The position numbers and the translations under genes were made by a program. The notes under the pieces are model-generated. The model was not told the DNA's origin. It saw nothing but the letters and a program-made list of their open reading frames with translations, and did not search any database. Positions 46,459-56,246 of a stretch of 64,000 nucleotides of DNA are shown one piece after another. Positions within the stretch are counted from its first letter, which is position 1. Each line of letters starts with the position of its first letter. The DNA comes from an uncultured Oscillospiraceae bacterium (GTDB lineage Bacteria; Bacillota; Clostridia; Oscillospirales; JAAYXM01), in assembly GCA_934646115.1 (NCBI GenBank), contig CAKUEM010000004.1, positions 9,891 to 73,890 on the forward strand, in the 5' to 3' direction.

Positions 46459-46683
46459 CTAGCGTTCCTCCGCATTCAGCGAAAAATCCTTCGCAGAAAA
46501 CTGCCCGGCGGGAAGCTCCTCCGGCTCGGGCGGGACGCGGCGCGTCGGATCATAAGTATAGTGTCGGCAACGGTAAGTTTGATGCACAACGCCGTGCTTT
46601 TTGCAGATCGCCTCGTTCTCGTTGATCGGGCTTGCATACAGGCAGTAGGCGCAGCGCGCGGGGATTTCTTTGTTAAACAGCAC
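46459..46683 (-). CDS. small Cys-containing hypothetical protein (74 aa)
   Basis: MLFNKEIPARCAYCLYASPINENEAICKKHGVVHQTYRCRHYTYDP.... Four Cys (CxxC...C...C). Located 33 nt downstream of ylbJ on the same strand. Confidence 0.5.
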   Translation of the reverse strand: MLFNKEIPARCAYCLYASPINENEAICKKHGVVHQTYRCRHYTYDPTRRVPPEPEELPAGQFSAKDFSLNAEER

Positions 46684-46716
46684 AGGTCATGCCTCCTTTT
46701 CTTTTATCATACACCA

Positions 46717-47814
46717 TTATCGCCGCATTTTCCAGTGTTTTTTTATCGGAATCGCAAGAAAAAGCGCGAACCATGCAAACAGCCAGTACGCAGAGCCGAT
46801 CATATGCGGCGCGTTTGGCGCAAACGCGGTGACCGCTTGCGGAAAAAGCGCCGGAATCTGCGTGATGCAAAGCGCAAACAGCGCGGAGAGCGCCGTATGG
46901 AGCAGCTTTCCGCAAAAATAGGGCGCAGCGGAGAGCGCGTCCTTCGGGAGCAGCGAAAGCACCTGGCAATGGACAGACAGCCCCGAAAAACCAAGCAGCG
47001 CCGCCGCTAGGATAAAGCACGGCGCAAGCGTTTCCGGGGTGGGCGAAAGCGCGCACAGCCCGGTTGTCACCTCAAGACAGCCGGTTACGGCGCATTGCGC
47101 AAGCGCCCCGCCGCCCAACAGGCGCGAAAGCGCCGGAATCACGTGAAATTCGGTCAATATTCGCAGAAGCACCGAGAAAAACAGGACGAATGCGCACACA
47201 TTGAGCGTGGAAAACAGCGCGTTTTTCACCGCCTGCGGAAACACTGCGGAAAACGGCTGTGCCGGCGCATAGGCTGCGCCGCAATGCCCGGGCGGCTCGC
47301 GGCGACGATAAAAGCGAAAGAGGATGCCGGTGCAGATCGCGGCGGAAACATGCACCGCATAAAGCAAAAGCCCGATCCGCATGCTGTGAAAGACGCCTGC
47401 GCCGACCGCGCCAAACAAAAACGCCGGACCGGAATTATTGCAAAAGGCGAGCAGCCGCTCGGTCTCGGCTTTGCTGCATAGCCCGCGGCGATTCAGCTCG
47501 ACCGCGCACGCCGCGCCGACCGGAAATCCGCCGATCAGACCGAGAAACAGCGTAGAGCTGCCCGCGCCGCACACGCGAAATAACGGGCGCATCAGCCCCT
47601 CGCCCAGCCGCCCGAGCCGCGCCGCCAGCCCGGACTCCATCACAAGCCCGGACAGGACGAAAAACGGGAACAGCGACGGGATCAACACGTTGCCGCACAG
47701 GGCGAGCGCATCGCGCGCCGCGGTCGCTGCATGCGTGGGATAAAGAAGCAGCCCCGCCGCGATCACCAAAACGGCGAGCAGCGTAAACATAAGCGAAATG
47801 CGTGTGCGAGACAT
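46717..47814 (-). CDS. ylbJ: sporulation integral membrane protein YlbJ
   Basis: 365 aa, ...ALCGNVLIPSLFPFFVLSGLV...LIGGFPVGA...FCNNSGPAFLFG.... Nucleoside-recognition-type membrane protein typical of YlbJ. Confidence 0.8.
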   Translation of the reverse strand: MSRTRISLMFTLLAVLVIAAGLLLYPTHAATAARDALALCGNVLIPSLFPFFVLSGLVMESGLAARLGRLGEGLMRPLFRVCGAGSSTLFLGLIGGFPVGAACAVELNRRGLCSKAETERLLAFCNNSGPAFLFGAVGAGVFHSMRIGLLLYAVHVSAAICTGILFRFYRRREPPGHCGAAYAPAQPFSAVFPQAVKNALFSTLNVCAFVLFFSVLLRILTEFHVIPALSRLLGGGALAQCAVTGCLEVTTGLCALSPTPETLAPCFILAAALLGFSGLSVHCQVLSLLPKDALSAAPYFCGKLLHTALSALFALCITQIPALFPQAVTAFAPNAPHMIGSAYWLFAWFALFLAIPIKKHWKMRR

Positions 47815-47978
47815 AAAACCCCCTCCTTGTGCATTCTATCCTATTCGCAGCATAGGCGGAAATATGAAAAAATACTCGCGCCGTGCGCGGTTTTGTGATA
47901 TACTATCTGCATGAGAATACGATTTTTCGTAAAAATCGGCGCGGACCGCCGGCAATTTGACAGACATGGAGCAGACTT

Positions 47979-48755
47979 ATGAAACAAGAGCAATTTGAGC
48001 AGAATTCGGCAGAGGGCATGATCGAGGGGCGCAACGCGGTGCATGAGGCGCTGCGCGCCGGGCGCACGATCAATAAAGTATTTTACGCGAAGGGCGAGCG
48101 CGACGGGATGCTCGCGCATCTTGCCATGCAGGCGAAGGAGAAGGGCGCGGTCGTTGTCGCGTGTGACCGGCGCAAGCTGGATATGATGAGCCAAACACGC
48201 GCGCACCAGGGCATTATTGCGTTTGCCGCCGCGCATGAGTATGCAACGATCGGCGATATTCTCGCATGCGCAGAGGCGTCCGGACGTCCGCCGCTCGTCG
48301 TCGTGTGCGACGAGATCTCAGACCCGCATAATCTGGGCGCGATCATCCGCTCGGCAGAGGCGGCGGGCGCGCATGGCGTGATTATTCCCAAACGCCGCAG
48401 CGCGGGGCTGACCGCAGTGGTCGAGAAGGCGAGCGCGGGCGCGGCGGAGTATCTCCCGGTCGCGCGCGTGCCGAATATCACGGCGGCGCTGCGTGAATTG
48501 AAAGAGGCGGGGCTTTGGATCTTCGGCACAGCGGTCGAGGAAAACAGCGTCAGCCTGTATCAGGCGGATCTGACCGGCGCGGTCGCGCTGGTGATCGGCT
48601 CGGAGGGCGACGGAATGAGCCGTCTTGTCCGCGAGACCTGCGATTTTACCGTCAAGATCCCGATGCTGGGCAGGATCGAATCGTTAAATGCATCGGCGGC
48701 CGCGGCGGTGGTCTTATTTGAAACGCTGCGGCAGCGCAGCGCGCAAAACGCATAA
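47979..48755 (+). CDS. rlmB: SpoU/TrmH-family 23S rRNA (guanosine-2-prime-O)-methyltransferase (RlmB-like)
   Basis: 258 aa, IEGRNAVHEAL..., DEISDPHNLGAIIRSAEAAG, LVIGSEGDGMS, ESLNASAAAAVVLFE. Confidence 0.85.
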   Translation: MKQEQFEQNSAEGMIEGRNAVHEALRAGRTINKVFYAKGERDGMLAHLAMQAKEKGAVVVACDRRKLDMMSQTRAHQGIIAFAAAHEYATIGDILACAEASGRPPLVVVCDEISDPHNLGAIIRSAEAAGAHGVIIPKRRSAGLTAVVEKASAGAAEYLPVARVPNITAALRELKEAGLWIFGTAVEENSVSLYQADLTGAVALVIGSEGDGMSRLVRETCDFTVKIPMLGRIESLNASAAAAVVLFETLRQRSAQNA

Positions 48756-48776
48756 CAGTTCCGGGAGGGGAGCGGC

Positions 48777-50366
48777 ATGATCCGCATTACAAATCTCAAT
48801 ATGCCGCTTTCTGTGACGGAGGAGGAGCTGCACCGCGCGGCGGCCCGGCGGCTGGGGATTCCCAAAACGTCGATCCGGGCGCTGCACATCGCGCGCCGGT
48901 CGGTGGACGCGCGAGAAAAAACGGATGTGCATTTTGTCTTTTCGCTCGACGTTGCGGCGGAGGACGAGGCGCGCATTTTAAAGAAAAATCACGATAAACA
49001 TGTTGCGGCATGCCCGGAAGCGGCGCCGCCGCCCGCGCTGCGGCGCGATTTTGCGCATCCGCCGATCGTGGTGGGCAGCGGCCCGGCGGGGCTTTTTGCC
49101 GCGCTCACGCTCGCCGAGGCGGGCGCGCGCCCGATCGTGCTCGAGCGGGGCGACGATGTGGACGCGCGCTTTATGAAAATTGCGCGGTTTTGGAAGACCG
49201 GGGTGCTGGATGCAGAGTCTAACGTGCAGTTTGGCGAAGGCGGCGCAGGCACGTTTTCTGACGGGAAGCTCAATACCGGCACGCGTGACGCGCGTCAGGC
49301 GCGGGTGCTTGCCGCGTTTGTCAAGGCGGGCGCGCCGCATGAGATCCTGTATCTGGCGAAGCCGCATATCGGAACAGACCATTTGCGCCGTGTGGTGCGC
49401 AATCTCAGAAAACGCATTCAGGCGCTGGGCGGGCAGGTGCTGTTTCGGCATCGGCTGACCGGGCTTGTGAAACAGGGCGCGGCGCTTGCGGGCGTGCGCG
49501 TTGCCGCGCCGGGCGGCGAGGAGATCACGCTCCCCTGCGAGGCGCTCGTGCTCGCGATCGGACACAGCGCGCGCGATACGTTTTCCATGCTGCATGAGAG
49601 CGGCGTTTTGATGGAGCAAAAGGCGTTTTCGGTCGGCGTGCGCATCGAGCATCCGCAATGCCTGATCGATGAGGCGCAATACGGAAAATTTGCGGGTCAT
49701 CCCGCATTGGGCGCGGCGGACTATAAGCTGGCGGCGCATTTGCCGTCCGGGCGCTCGGTGTATACGTTCTGCATGTGTCCGGGCGGGCAGGTTGTTGCCG
49801 CGGCGTCTGAGCCGGGCGGCGTTTGCACCAATGGCATGAGCTATTTTGCGCGCGATAAGAAAAACGCAAACAGCGCGCTGCTTGTGGGCGTCATGCCGGC
49901 GGATTTCCCGGATGCGCATCCGCTTGCGGGCGTTGCGTTTCAGCGCGCGCTTGAGCGGGCGGCATTTGCCGCGGGCGGCGGGAATTATCATGCGCCGGCG
50001 CAGCGCGTGGGCGATTTTTTGGAAGGGCGCGCCTCGCAGGCGTTTGGCACGGTTGCGCCCAGCTATCTGCCGGGCGCTGTGCCCTGCGACTTGGCGCCGC
50101 TGTTTGCGCCGGATATTACAGATGCGCTGCGTGCGGGCATTTGTGAATTTGACCGGAAGCTGCATGGCTTTGCCATGCCGGACGCGGTGCTGACCGGGGT
50201 GGAGGCGCGCTCGTCCTCGCCGGTGCGCATCCTGCGCGATGCGTCGCTGCAATCCGCGCTCGCGGGGTTGTACCCCTGCGGCGAGGGCGCGGGCTACGCG
50301 GGCGGAATTTTATCCGCTGCGGTCGATGGAATCCGCGTGGCGGAGGCAATATTGCGCGCGCAATAA
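48777..50366 (+). CDS. FAD-dependent oxidoreductase of unknown function (COG2509-like)
   Basis: 529 aa with the dinucleotide fold VVGSGPAGLFAAL...ERG and a C-terminal GEGAGYAGGI. Confidence 0.7.
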   Translation: MIRITNLNMPLSVTEEELHRAAARRLGIPKTSIRALHIARRSVDAREKTDVHFVFSLDVAAEDEARILKKNHDKHVAACPEAAPPPALRRDFAHPPIVVGSGPAGLFAALTLAEAGARPIVLERGDDVDARFMKIARFWKTGVLDAESNVQFGEGGAGTFSDGKLNTGTRDARQARVLAAFVKAGAPHEILYLAKPHIGTDHLRRVVRNLRKRIQALGGQVLFRHRLTGLVKQGAALAGVRVAAPGGEEITLPCEALVLAIGHSARDTFSMLHESGVLMEQKAFSVGVRIEHPQCLIDEAQYGKFAGHPALGAADYKLAAHLPSGRSVYTFCMCPGGQVVAAASEPGGVCTNGMSYFARDKKNANSALLVGVMPADFPDAHPLAGVAFQRALERAAFAAGGGNYHAPAQRVGDFLEGRASQAFGTVAPSYLPGAVPCDLAPLFAPDITDALRAGICEFDRKLHGFAMPDAVLTGVEARSSSPVRILRDASLQSALAGLYPCGEGAGYAGGILSAAVDGIRVAEAILRAQ

Positions 50367-50399
50367 GAATATCATGGAGAAAGAGGCAAACAATTTTTT

Positions 50400-51962
50400 A
50401 TGGAACAAAGCATATTTTCAGAATTTTCCCTATCGCCGGAGGTGCTCCGCGCGATCGAATCCGTTGGATATACAGAGCCGACCGAGATCCAGATGCGCTG
50501 TATCGAGCCGCTGCTTGCGGGGCATGACCTGATCGGGCAGTCGCAGACCGGGTCGGGCAAGACCGCGGCGTTTGGGCTTCCGGCGGTAGAGCGCGCGTCG
50601 CTGCGTCGCCGCTGTGTGCAAACGCTGATCCTTTGCCCCACGCGCGAGCTTGCGATGCAGGCGGCGGAGGAGATCCGCAAATTCGGGCGCTTTCGGCGCG
50701 GGCTGCGCTGCGCCGCGGTGTATGGCGGCGCGTCGATGGATAGTCAGATCCGCGCGCTGCGTCAGGCGCATATCGTGGTGGGCACGCCGGGGCGCATTAT
50801 GGACCATATGCGCCGCAAAACGCTGGATCTCAGCCAACTGCAAACCATCGTGCTTGACGAGGCGGACGAGATGCTCAACATGGGCTTTATCGACGATATT
50901 GAAACGATCCTCAAGGCGCTGCCGGAGCAGCGTCAGACCGCGCTGTTTTCCGCCACGATGCCGCCTGAAATTTTGCGCATCGCGAAGCGCTATTTGAATG
51001 ATCCGGTACATGTAAAAATTGCGAAAAAGCAGCTGACGGTGGAAGGGATCGAGCAGGTGTATTATGAGATCCCCGCCGCGCGCAAGCTGGATGCGCTTTG
51101 CGCGCTGATCGACCTGCATGCAACGGTGCGCGCCATTATTTTTTGCAACACGAAACGGCAGGTGGATGATCTGGTCGGGCTGCTCATGATGCGCGGCTAT
51201 CGCGCGGATGGGCTGCACGGCGACATGAAGCAAACGCAGCGCAGCCGGGTCATGAGCTTATTTAAAAACGGCAGAACGCGCCTGCTTGTTGCGACCGATG
51301 TTGCCGCGCGCGGGATCGACGTGGATGACATCGAAACGGTATTTAATTTTGATCTGCCGCAGGACCAGGAATTTTATGTGCATCGCGTTGGGCGCACGGG
51401 GCGCGCTGGGAAAAGCGGTCTTGCGATCACGCTGATCTGCGATCGGCGCGAGCTGAGCGATCTTCGCAACATTGAGCGCTATACAAAAAGCCGGATCCGC
51501 CGCCGCGCGCTGCCCTCGGCAGAGGTGATCGAGGAGGCGCGGCAGAGCGCGTGGATCTCCGGCATGAAGGAGGCGCTCTCCGGCGAAATTTCAGAGCGGT
51601 ATGCCCCGGTGCTGACGGAGCTGATGGATGAAACCGGCTGCACCGCGCGCGATGTGGCGCTTGCGCTTCTCGCGCGGGCGCTTGACCGTCCGCGCAGCGC
51701 GGAGGATGAGGCGCGCGACCGGATGACGAAGCTTTGTATCCGCGCCGGGCGCACGAGGAATCTTTGCCCGGGCGATATTGTGGGCGCGCTGACCGCGCAG
51801 ACGGATGTGACCGGCGATGATATCGGCGCGATCGCGATCCATGACGATCACAGCACGGTGGAGATCGCGAAGGAGCATTGCGCGCATGTGCTTGAGGTTA
51901 TGAATCAAAAAACCGGGCGTATCAAAGGGTTTCATGTCCCGTTTGAGCTTGCGGCGCAGTAG
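50400..51962 (+). CDS. DEAD-box ATP-dependent RNA helicase with DbpA-type C-terminal RNA-binding domain
   Basis: Q-motif, GQSQTGSGKT, DEAD, SAT, HRVGRTGRAG, and a C-terminal DbpA-like beta-rich tail. Confidence 0.9.
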   Translation: MEQSIFSEFSLSPEVLRAIESVGYTEPTEIQMRCIEPLLAGHDLIGQSQTGSGKTAAFGLPAVERASLRRRCVQTLILCPTRELAMQAAEEIRKFGRFRRGLRCAAVYGGASMDSQIRALRQAHIVVGTPGRIMDHMRRKTLDLSQLQTIVLDEADEMLNMGFIDDIETILKALPEQRQTALFSATMPPEILRIAKRYLNDPVHVKIAKKQLTVEGIEQVYYEIPAARKLDALCALIDLHATVRAIIFCNTKRQVDDLVGLLMMRGYRADGLHGDMKQTQRSRVMSLFKNGRTRLLVATDVAARGIDVDDIETVFNFDLPQDQEFYVHRVGRTGRAGKSGLAITLICDRRELSDLRNIERYTKSRIRRRALPSAEVIEEARQSAWISGMKEALSGEISERYAPVLTELMDETGCTARDVALALLARALDRPRSAEDEARDRMTKLCIRAGRTRNLCPGDIVGALTAQTDVTGDDIGAIAIHDDHSTVEIAKEHCAHVLEVMNQKTGRIKGFHVPFELAAQ

Positions 51963-51969
51963 GGGAGGA

Positions 51970-52554
51970 ATGAAAATGAAGCGGGCGGCAATTGTGTTTC
52001 ACAGCGTGTGCGGCAATACATGGCTGCTTGCGCGCGAGTATCAGCGGGCGCTGGAGCAGCTTGGCGTATCCTGCGCGATGTTCCGCGTGCCAGACCCGAA
52101 TTTTGAGCGGCTTGCGCCGCAATTTCAGGCGGCGCGCGAGTGCGCGGAGGGTATCCGCGCGGTGCCTGTGATCGAAGATCCGGCGCAGCTGCTTGCGTAT
52201 GACGCGCTGTTTTTCGGCTCACCCACTTATTTTGGAAATGTTTCCGCCGCAATGAAGGCGTTTATGGACGCGTGCGGCGTGTTTTGGACGGAGGCTGCGC
52301 TTGCGGGCAAGCGGTTCGGCGCGTTTTCCAGCGCAGGCACGCCGCAGGGCGCGGGCGATGTATGTCTGCTTGCGTTCAACGTGTTTGCGCAGCATATGGG
52401 CATGCTGCCGCTGCCGGTTCCTGCGAATATCGCCGGGCGGGCGCAGCCGGCCTATGGCGTGCTGCACTTTGCGGGCGAGCTGGCGCTGGAGCGCCCGGAT
52501 GAGGAGACGCGTGCGGCGATTTTTGATTATCTCTCGCGCGCGGTGGCGCTATGA
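51970..52554 (+). CDS. flavodoxin-like fold protein (WrbA/NAD(P)H-quinone oxidoreductase-like)
   Basis: MKMKRAAIVFHSVCGNTWLLA...FGSPTYFGNVSAAMKAFMD.... Start trimmed to ATG 51970 behind ggggagg. Confidence 0.75.
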   Translation: MKMKRAAIVFHSVCGNTWLLAREYQRALEQLGVSCAMFRVPDPNFERLAPQFQAARECAEGIRAVPVIEDPAQLLAYDALFFGSPTYFGNVSAAMKAFMDACGVFWTEAALAGKRFGAFSSAGTPQGAGDVCLLAFNVFAQHMGMLPLPVPANIAGRAQPAYGVLHFAGELALERPDEETRAAIFDYLSRAVAL

Positions 52555-52823
52555 TGTGGCCGCTGTATTTTCTCCTGGTAATGAGCGCGGTCGCATGCTG
52601 CGCGTTCGGCGTCGATAAGCTTTGCGCATGCTGCGGCTGGCGGCGCATTCCGGAGAGCGGGCTGCTTGCGCTGTGCCTGCTCGGCGGCGCGCCGGGCGCG
52701 GCGGTCGGGATGCTCCTATTTCATCACAAGGTTTCAAAGGCAAAATTCCGCTATGTGGTGCCGCTGCTTGCGATCTGCACGGTCGCCGCCGGGTTTATCA
52801 TTTTTAAGGAGGCTCTTGTATGA
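52551..52823 (+). CDS. DUF1294 membrane protein
   Basis: 90 aa, ...DKLCACCGWRRIPESGLLALCLLGGAPGAAVGMLLFHHKVSKAKF.... ATGA overlap with the upstream stop. Confidence 0.75.
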   Translation: MMWPLYFLLVMSAVACCAFGVDKLCACCGWRRIPESGLLALCLLGGAPGAAVGMLLFHHKVSKAKFRYVVPLLAICTVAAGFIIFKEALV

Positions 52824-53491
52824 GAAACAAAATATCCACAATTCTGCTCGGCGCGGTATTGATCGCGCTTGGGGTCGGCGTGCTGGGAAATGTGTTTTCG
52901 CTGTGGCAGTTCCATTTGTTTTTTGACGGCTGGTGGTCGCTTTTCATCATCATTCCGTGCGTATACAGCATCATTTCAAGCGGCTTCGATTTCGGCAATG
53001 TGTTTGGGCTTGCGCTCGGCGTGTTGCTGCTGCTCGCCGCGCAGGATGTGATTACGTTTGATATGATTAGGAAAATTGCGCTGCCTGTCGCGCTGATTTT
53101 GATTGGAATTTATGTGATCGTGGCGCAGCTGCGGGGAAAGAAAGCGCATCCGACCGTGACCGTGAAGGCGCAGCAGGGCTATCATGCCTGCTTCGGCGGA
53201 AACGATGTGATCTATCCGCATGAGCCGTTTCGCGGCGCGTGCTGCAGCGCGGTGTTCGGCGGCGTGAAGCTCGATCTGCGCAATGCGGTGATCGATTCTG
53301 ACCAGGTCATTACATGCAGCGCGATCTTTGGCGGGATCGACATTCTGCTCCCGCCGGAGCTGCGGATCGTTGTGGATTCCATGCCGATGTTTGGCGGCGT
53401 GGAAAACAAGTATTTCCAGCATGGCGGCGAGGACGCGAAAACCATTTATGTGAAGGCGACGTGCGTGTTTGGCGGCGTGAACATCAAATAA
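52820..53491 (+). CDS. LiaF-like / DUF2154 membrane protein (cell-envelope stress module type)
   Basis: 223 aa, four N-terminal TM segments, then a beta-rich C-terminal domain with repeated FGG(V/I) motifs. ATGA overlap with the upstream stop. Confidence 0.6.
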   Translation: MRNKISTILLGAVLIALGVGVLGNVFSLWQFHLFFDGWWSLFIIIPCVYSIISSGFDFGNVFGLALGVLLLLAAQDVITFDMIRKIALPVALILIGIYVIVAQLRGKKAHPTVTVKAQQGYHACFGGNDVIYPHEPFRGACCSAVFGGVKLDLRNAVIDSDQVITCSAIFGGIDILLPPELRIVVDSMPMFGGVENKYFQHGGEDAKTIYVKATCVFGGVNIK

Positions 53492-53492
53492 G

Positions 53493-53526
53493 AAATGGGT
53501 TTCAGGCATGCCTGAAACCCATTTTC
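53493..53526 (+). terminator. hairpin terminator
   Basis: aaauggguuucagg-caug-ccugaaacccauuu, a 14-bp stem. The U-tract is weak (UUUC). Confidence 0.6.
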
Positions 53527-53539
53527 AAGTAGGGGGATC

Positions 53540-53986
53540 ATGATGAAGCTTTGCATCGATGCAGACGGCTGCCCGGTCGCGGCGCTCGCGGCGGCGCTTG
53601 CGCGCGAGCACGGCATTCCGTGCGTGCTGTTTTGCGATACCGCGCATCAAATAGAATATCCCGGCGCGCAGACGATCACGGTCTCCAAAGGGCGCGACAG
53701 CGCGGATTTTGCGCTGGTCAACGCGATCGCAAAGGGGGATCTGGTCGTCACGCAGGATTACGGTCTTGCGGCGATGAGCCTTGCGCGCGGGGCGCGGGTG
53801 CTGCATCAGGACGGGAAGGAATATACGGCGGAGAACATCGAAGGGCTGCTCTTCTCGCGCCATGCGGCGCAAAAGGCGCGGCGCGCCGGGCAGCGTTTGC
53901 GCGGGGCAAAAAAGCGCGAGCCTGCGCAGGATGAAGCATTTTCCCGCGCGCTCGCGCAAATTCTCGCCGAATGCCGGGGCGATTAA
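53540..53986 (+). CDS. YaiI/YqxD family protein (UPF0178/DUF188)
   Basis: 148 aa, MMKLCIDADGCPV...VSKGRDSADFALVN...DLVVTQDYGLAA. Confidence 0.8.
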   Translation: MMKLCIDADGCPVAALAAALAREHGIPCVLFCDTAHQIEYPGAQTITVSKGRDSADFALVNAIAKGDLVVTQDYGLAAMSLARGARVLHQDGKEYTAENIEGLLFSRHAAQKARRAGQRLRGAKKREPAQDEAFSRALAQILAECRGD

Positions 53987-54777
53987 AGCCCCAGATGCAG
54001 CAGCTCGCTTAAATTTTTATAAAAGATTTTTTGCATAGTGCGCTCGGATAAGCCGAGCCGCAGGATGTTTTCTACCTCCGCGCCCGGATTCCACATCGGA
54101 TAATCTGAGCCGAAGAGCACGCGATCCTCGCCAAATGCGGCGATCAGCTCGCGCGCTTTCGCGGGAGAGAGCGCATACAGGCTGCTCGACGTGTCGATCC
54201 AGACGTTCTGACCTGCAAGCACGCGCTCGGCCTCGTTCCATTGCGACCAGCCGCCGAAATGCGCGCAGATCATTTGCAGCTTCGGGAAATCGCGCAGGAC
54301 CTGCGGAACACGCTTCGGGTCTGAGAACGGATACCGGCTGTCTCCCGTGTGGATGAGCAGCGGCAGCTCGCCCTCGATCGCTTCATAGATCGGGTATGCG
54401 GCGCGGTCGTTAATATGAAATTTCTGAAAATCCGGATGAAGCTTCACGCCACGCAGACCGAGCGCCTTGATGCGCGCGACCTCCGCCGGGATGTCCTCCA
54501 TGCCGGGGTGCAGCGTGGCAAAGCCGATAAACCGGTCGGCATGCTGCGAAACCGATTGCGCAATAAAATCGTTGATATGCGCCACTTTTTGCGGCGCGGT
54601 CGCAACGGATTGCACGAGAAACATCGAAATACCGTACTGATCGCCCAGCTCGAGCAGGCGATCCACCGTGCCGTCATAGCTCATGGCAATATTATAAAAT
54701 TCGCCGATACTTTCCGCCGCGCGCAGCGCAATCTTATCGGGATAGATATGTGCATGCGCATCAATAATGAAAGCCAT
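53983..54777 (-). CDS. amidohydrolase-superfamily metal-dependent hydrolase (TIM barrel)
   Basis: Start trimmed to ATG 54777 (MAFIIDAHAHIYPD...). Also HTGD and FGSDYPMW. Confidence 0.75.
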   Translation of the reverse strand: MAFIIDAHAHIYPDKIALRAAESIGEFYNIAMSYDGTVDRLLELGDQYGISMFLVQSVATAPQKVAHINDFIAQSVSQHADRFIGFATLHPGMEDIPAEVARIKALGLRGVKLHPDFQKFHINDRAAYPIYEAIEGELPLLIHTGDSRYPFSDPKRVPQVLRDFPKLQMICAHFGGWSQWNEAERVLAGQNVWIDTSSSLYALSPAKARELIAAFGEDRVLFGSDYPMWNPGAEVENILRLGLSERTMQKIFYKNLSELLHLGL

Positions 54778-55006
54778 AGGGTATGCTCCTTTCCTTTGTT
54801 TTATTATACGCCGAAACGCGGCGAAAAACCAGACGGCACAGTGCATGAAAAGCGCGCCGAAATGCGGCGAAACTTACAGCAGAATTCCGGAAATGCAGCA
54901 AGAAAAGCGTGCGAAACATAGGCGGGTTTGCTTGCGTTTTCCGAAAACTTGTGTAAAACGGCAACTTCTGGGCAGGAAAACGCGCAAGAGGTAGTCACAA
55001 TGGATA

Positions 55007-55035
55007 TTGATTTTTTCAAAAAAATCCTTTATGAT
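55007..55035 (+). promoter_or_regulatory. candidate sigma-A promoter (TTGATT-17-TATGAT)
   Basis: TTGATT at 55007-55012 and TATGAT at 55030-55035, about 60 nt upstream of the Ldh2-family gene. Confidence 0.45.
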
Positions 55036-55093
55036 AATTAAAGTTGTGAGTTTATGCCAAAACGGCACAGATACATATAAGGAGGAAGTTAAA

Positions 55094-56176
55094 ATGGGTT
55101 ACATCAAATTGCCTTACGAAGGGCTCAAGGCATACTGCACCGATGTGTTTAAGGGCTACGGCTTTACACAGCAGGAGAGCGAGGAGATCGTTGACGTTCT
55201 GCTTCGCGCAGACCTGTATGGGATCGAGTCGCACGGTGTGCAGCGCCTGATCCGTTATCATAAGGCGGTCACCGGCGGCGATATCGACCCGAAGGTGAAG
55301 CCGGAGATCATTCATGAGACCCCGATCTCTGCCATCATTGATTCCAAGGGCGGCGTGGGTCAGACCATTGCGATGAAGGCGATGCGCATGGCGATCGAGA
55401 AGGCGAAGAACATCGGCGCGGGCTTTGTGATGGTAAAAAACGCAAACCACTTCGGTATCGCGTCTTATTATGCGGATATGGCGGCGGATGCGGATATGAT
55501 CGGTCTTTCGTTTACGAACTCTGAGGCGATCATGGTTCCGACTTACGGTCGTCGCGCAATGATCGGCAGCAACCCGATCGCGCTTGCAATGCCGGCTGAT
55601 CCGATCAAGTTCTCGTTTGACGCGGCGACCACGGTCGTGCCGCGCGGCAAGCTTGAGGTGTATAACAAGAAAGAGCAGCCGCTCCCGCATGGCTGGGCGG
55701 TCGACGCGAACGGTAAGGAGACCGCGAATGCGTCTGAGGTGCTCTATAACATCATCCACAAGGTCGGCGGCGGCATCCTTCCGCTCGGCGGCTCGCAGCC
55801 GATCAACGGCTCGCACAAGGGTTATGGCTTTGGCATGATGTGCGAGATCTTCACCTCGATCCTCGCGGGCGGCGCAACCTCGAACCACTGCTGCAACGGC
55901 GGCAACGCAGAGACCTCGCAGGGCTTCATCGCGATCGATTACGGCATGTTTGGCGACAAGAAGGAGATCCGCGCGCGCATGTCCACCTTCCTGCAGGAGC
56001 TTCGCGATTCCGATAAGGCGGAGGGGCAGGATCGCATCTACACCCACGGCGAGAAAGAGGTCGAGTCGACGAAGGAGAAGCTCGCAAACGGCGTTCCGGT
56101 CAACGAAAAGACCGACGCGGAGATGCGCATGATCGCCGAGACGTTAAACCTCGATTACAGCAAGTATTTTAAATAA
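55094..56176 (+). CDS. Ldh2-family (malate/L-lactate dehydrogenase type 2) oxidoreductase
   Basis: MGYIKLPYEGLKAYC...LYGIESHGVQRL...GSNPIALAMPA...GGSHKGYGFGMM. ATG 55094 behind aaggagg. Confidence 0.8.
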   Translation: MGYIKLPYEGLKAYCTDVFKGYGFTQQESEEIVDVLLRADLYGIESHGVQRLIRYHKAVTGGDIDPKVKPEIIHETPISAIIDSKGGVGQTIAMKAMRMAIEKAKNIGAGFVMVKNANHFGIASYYADMAADADMIGLSFTNSEAIMVPTYGRRAMIGSNPIALAMPADPIKFSFDAATTVVPRGKLEVYNKKEQPLPHGWAVDANGKETANASEVLYNIIHKVGGGILPLGGSQPINGSHKGYGFGMMCEIFTSILAGGATSNHCCNGGNAETSQGFIAIDYGMFGDKKEIRARMSTFLQELRDSDKAEGQDRIYTHGEKEVESTKEKLANGVPVNEKTDAEMRMIAETLNLDYSKYFK

Positions 56177-56198
56177 AATCCGGCGCAATCGCTGAATA

Positions 56199-56229
56199 GA
56201 AAACCCCCGGGACTTCCCGGGGGTTTTTG
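56199..56229 (+). terminator. rho-independent terminator
   Basis: aaacccccggga-cu-ucccggggguuu followed by UU. Confidence 0.75.
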
Positions 56230-56246
56230 AAACGGAGGGATCAAAC

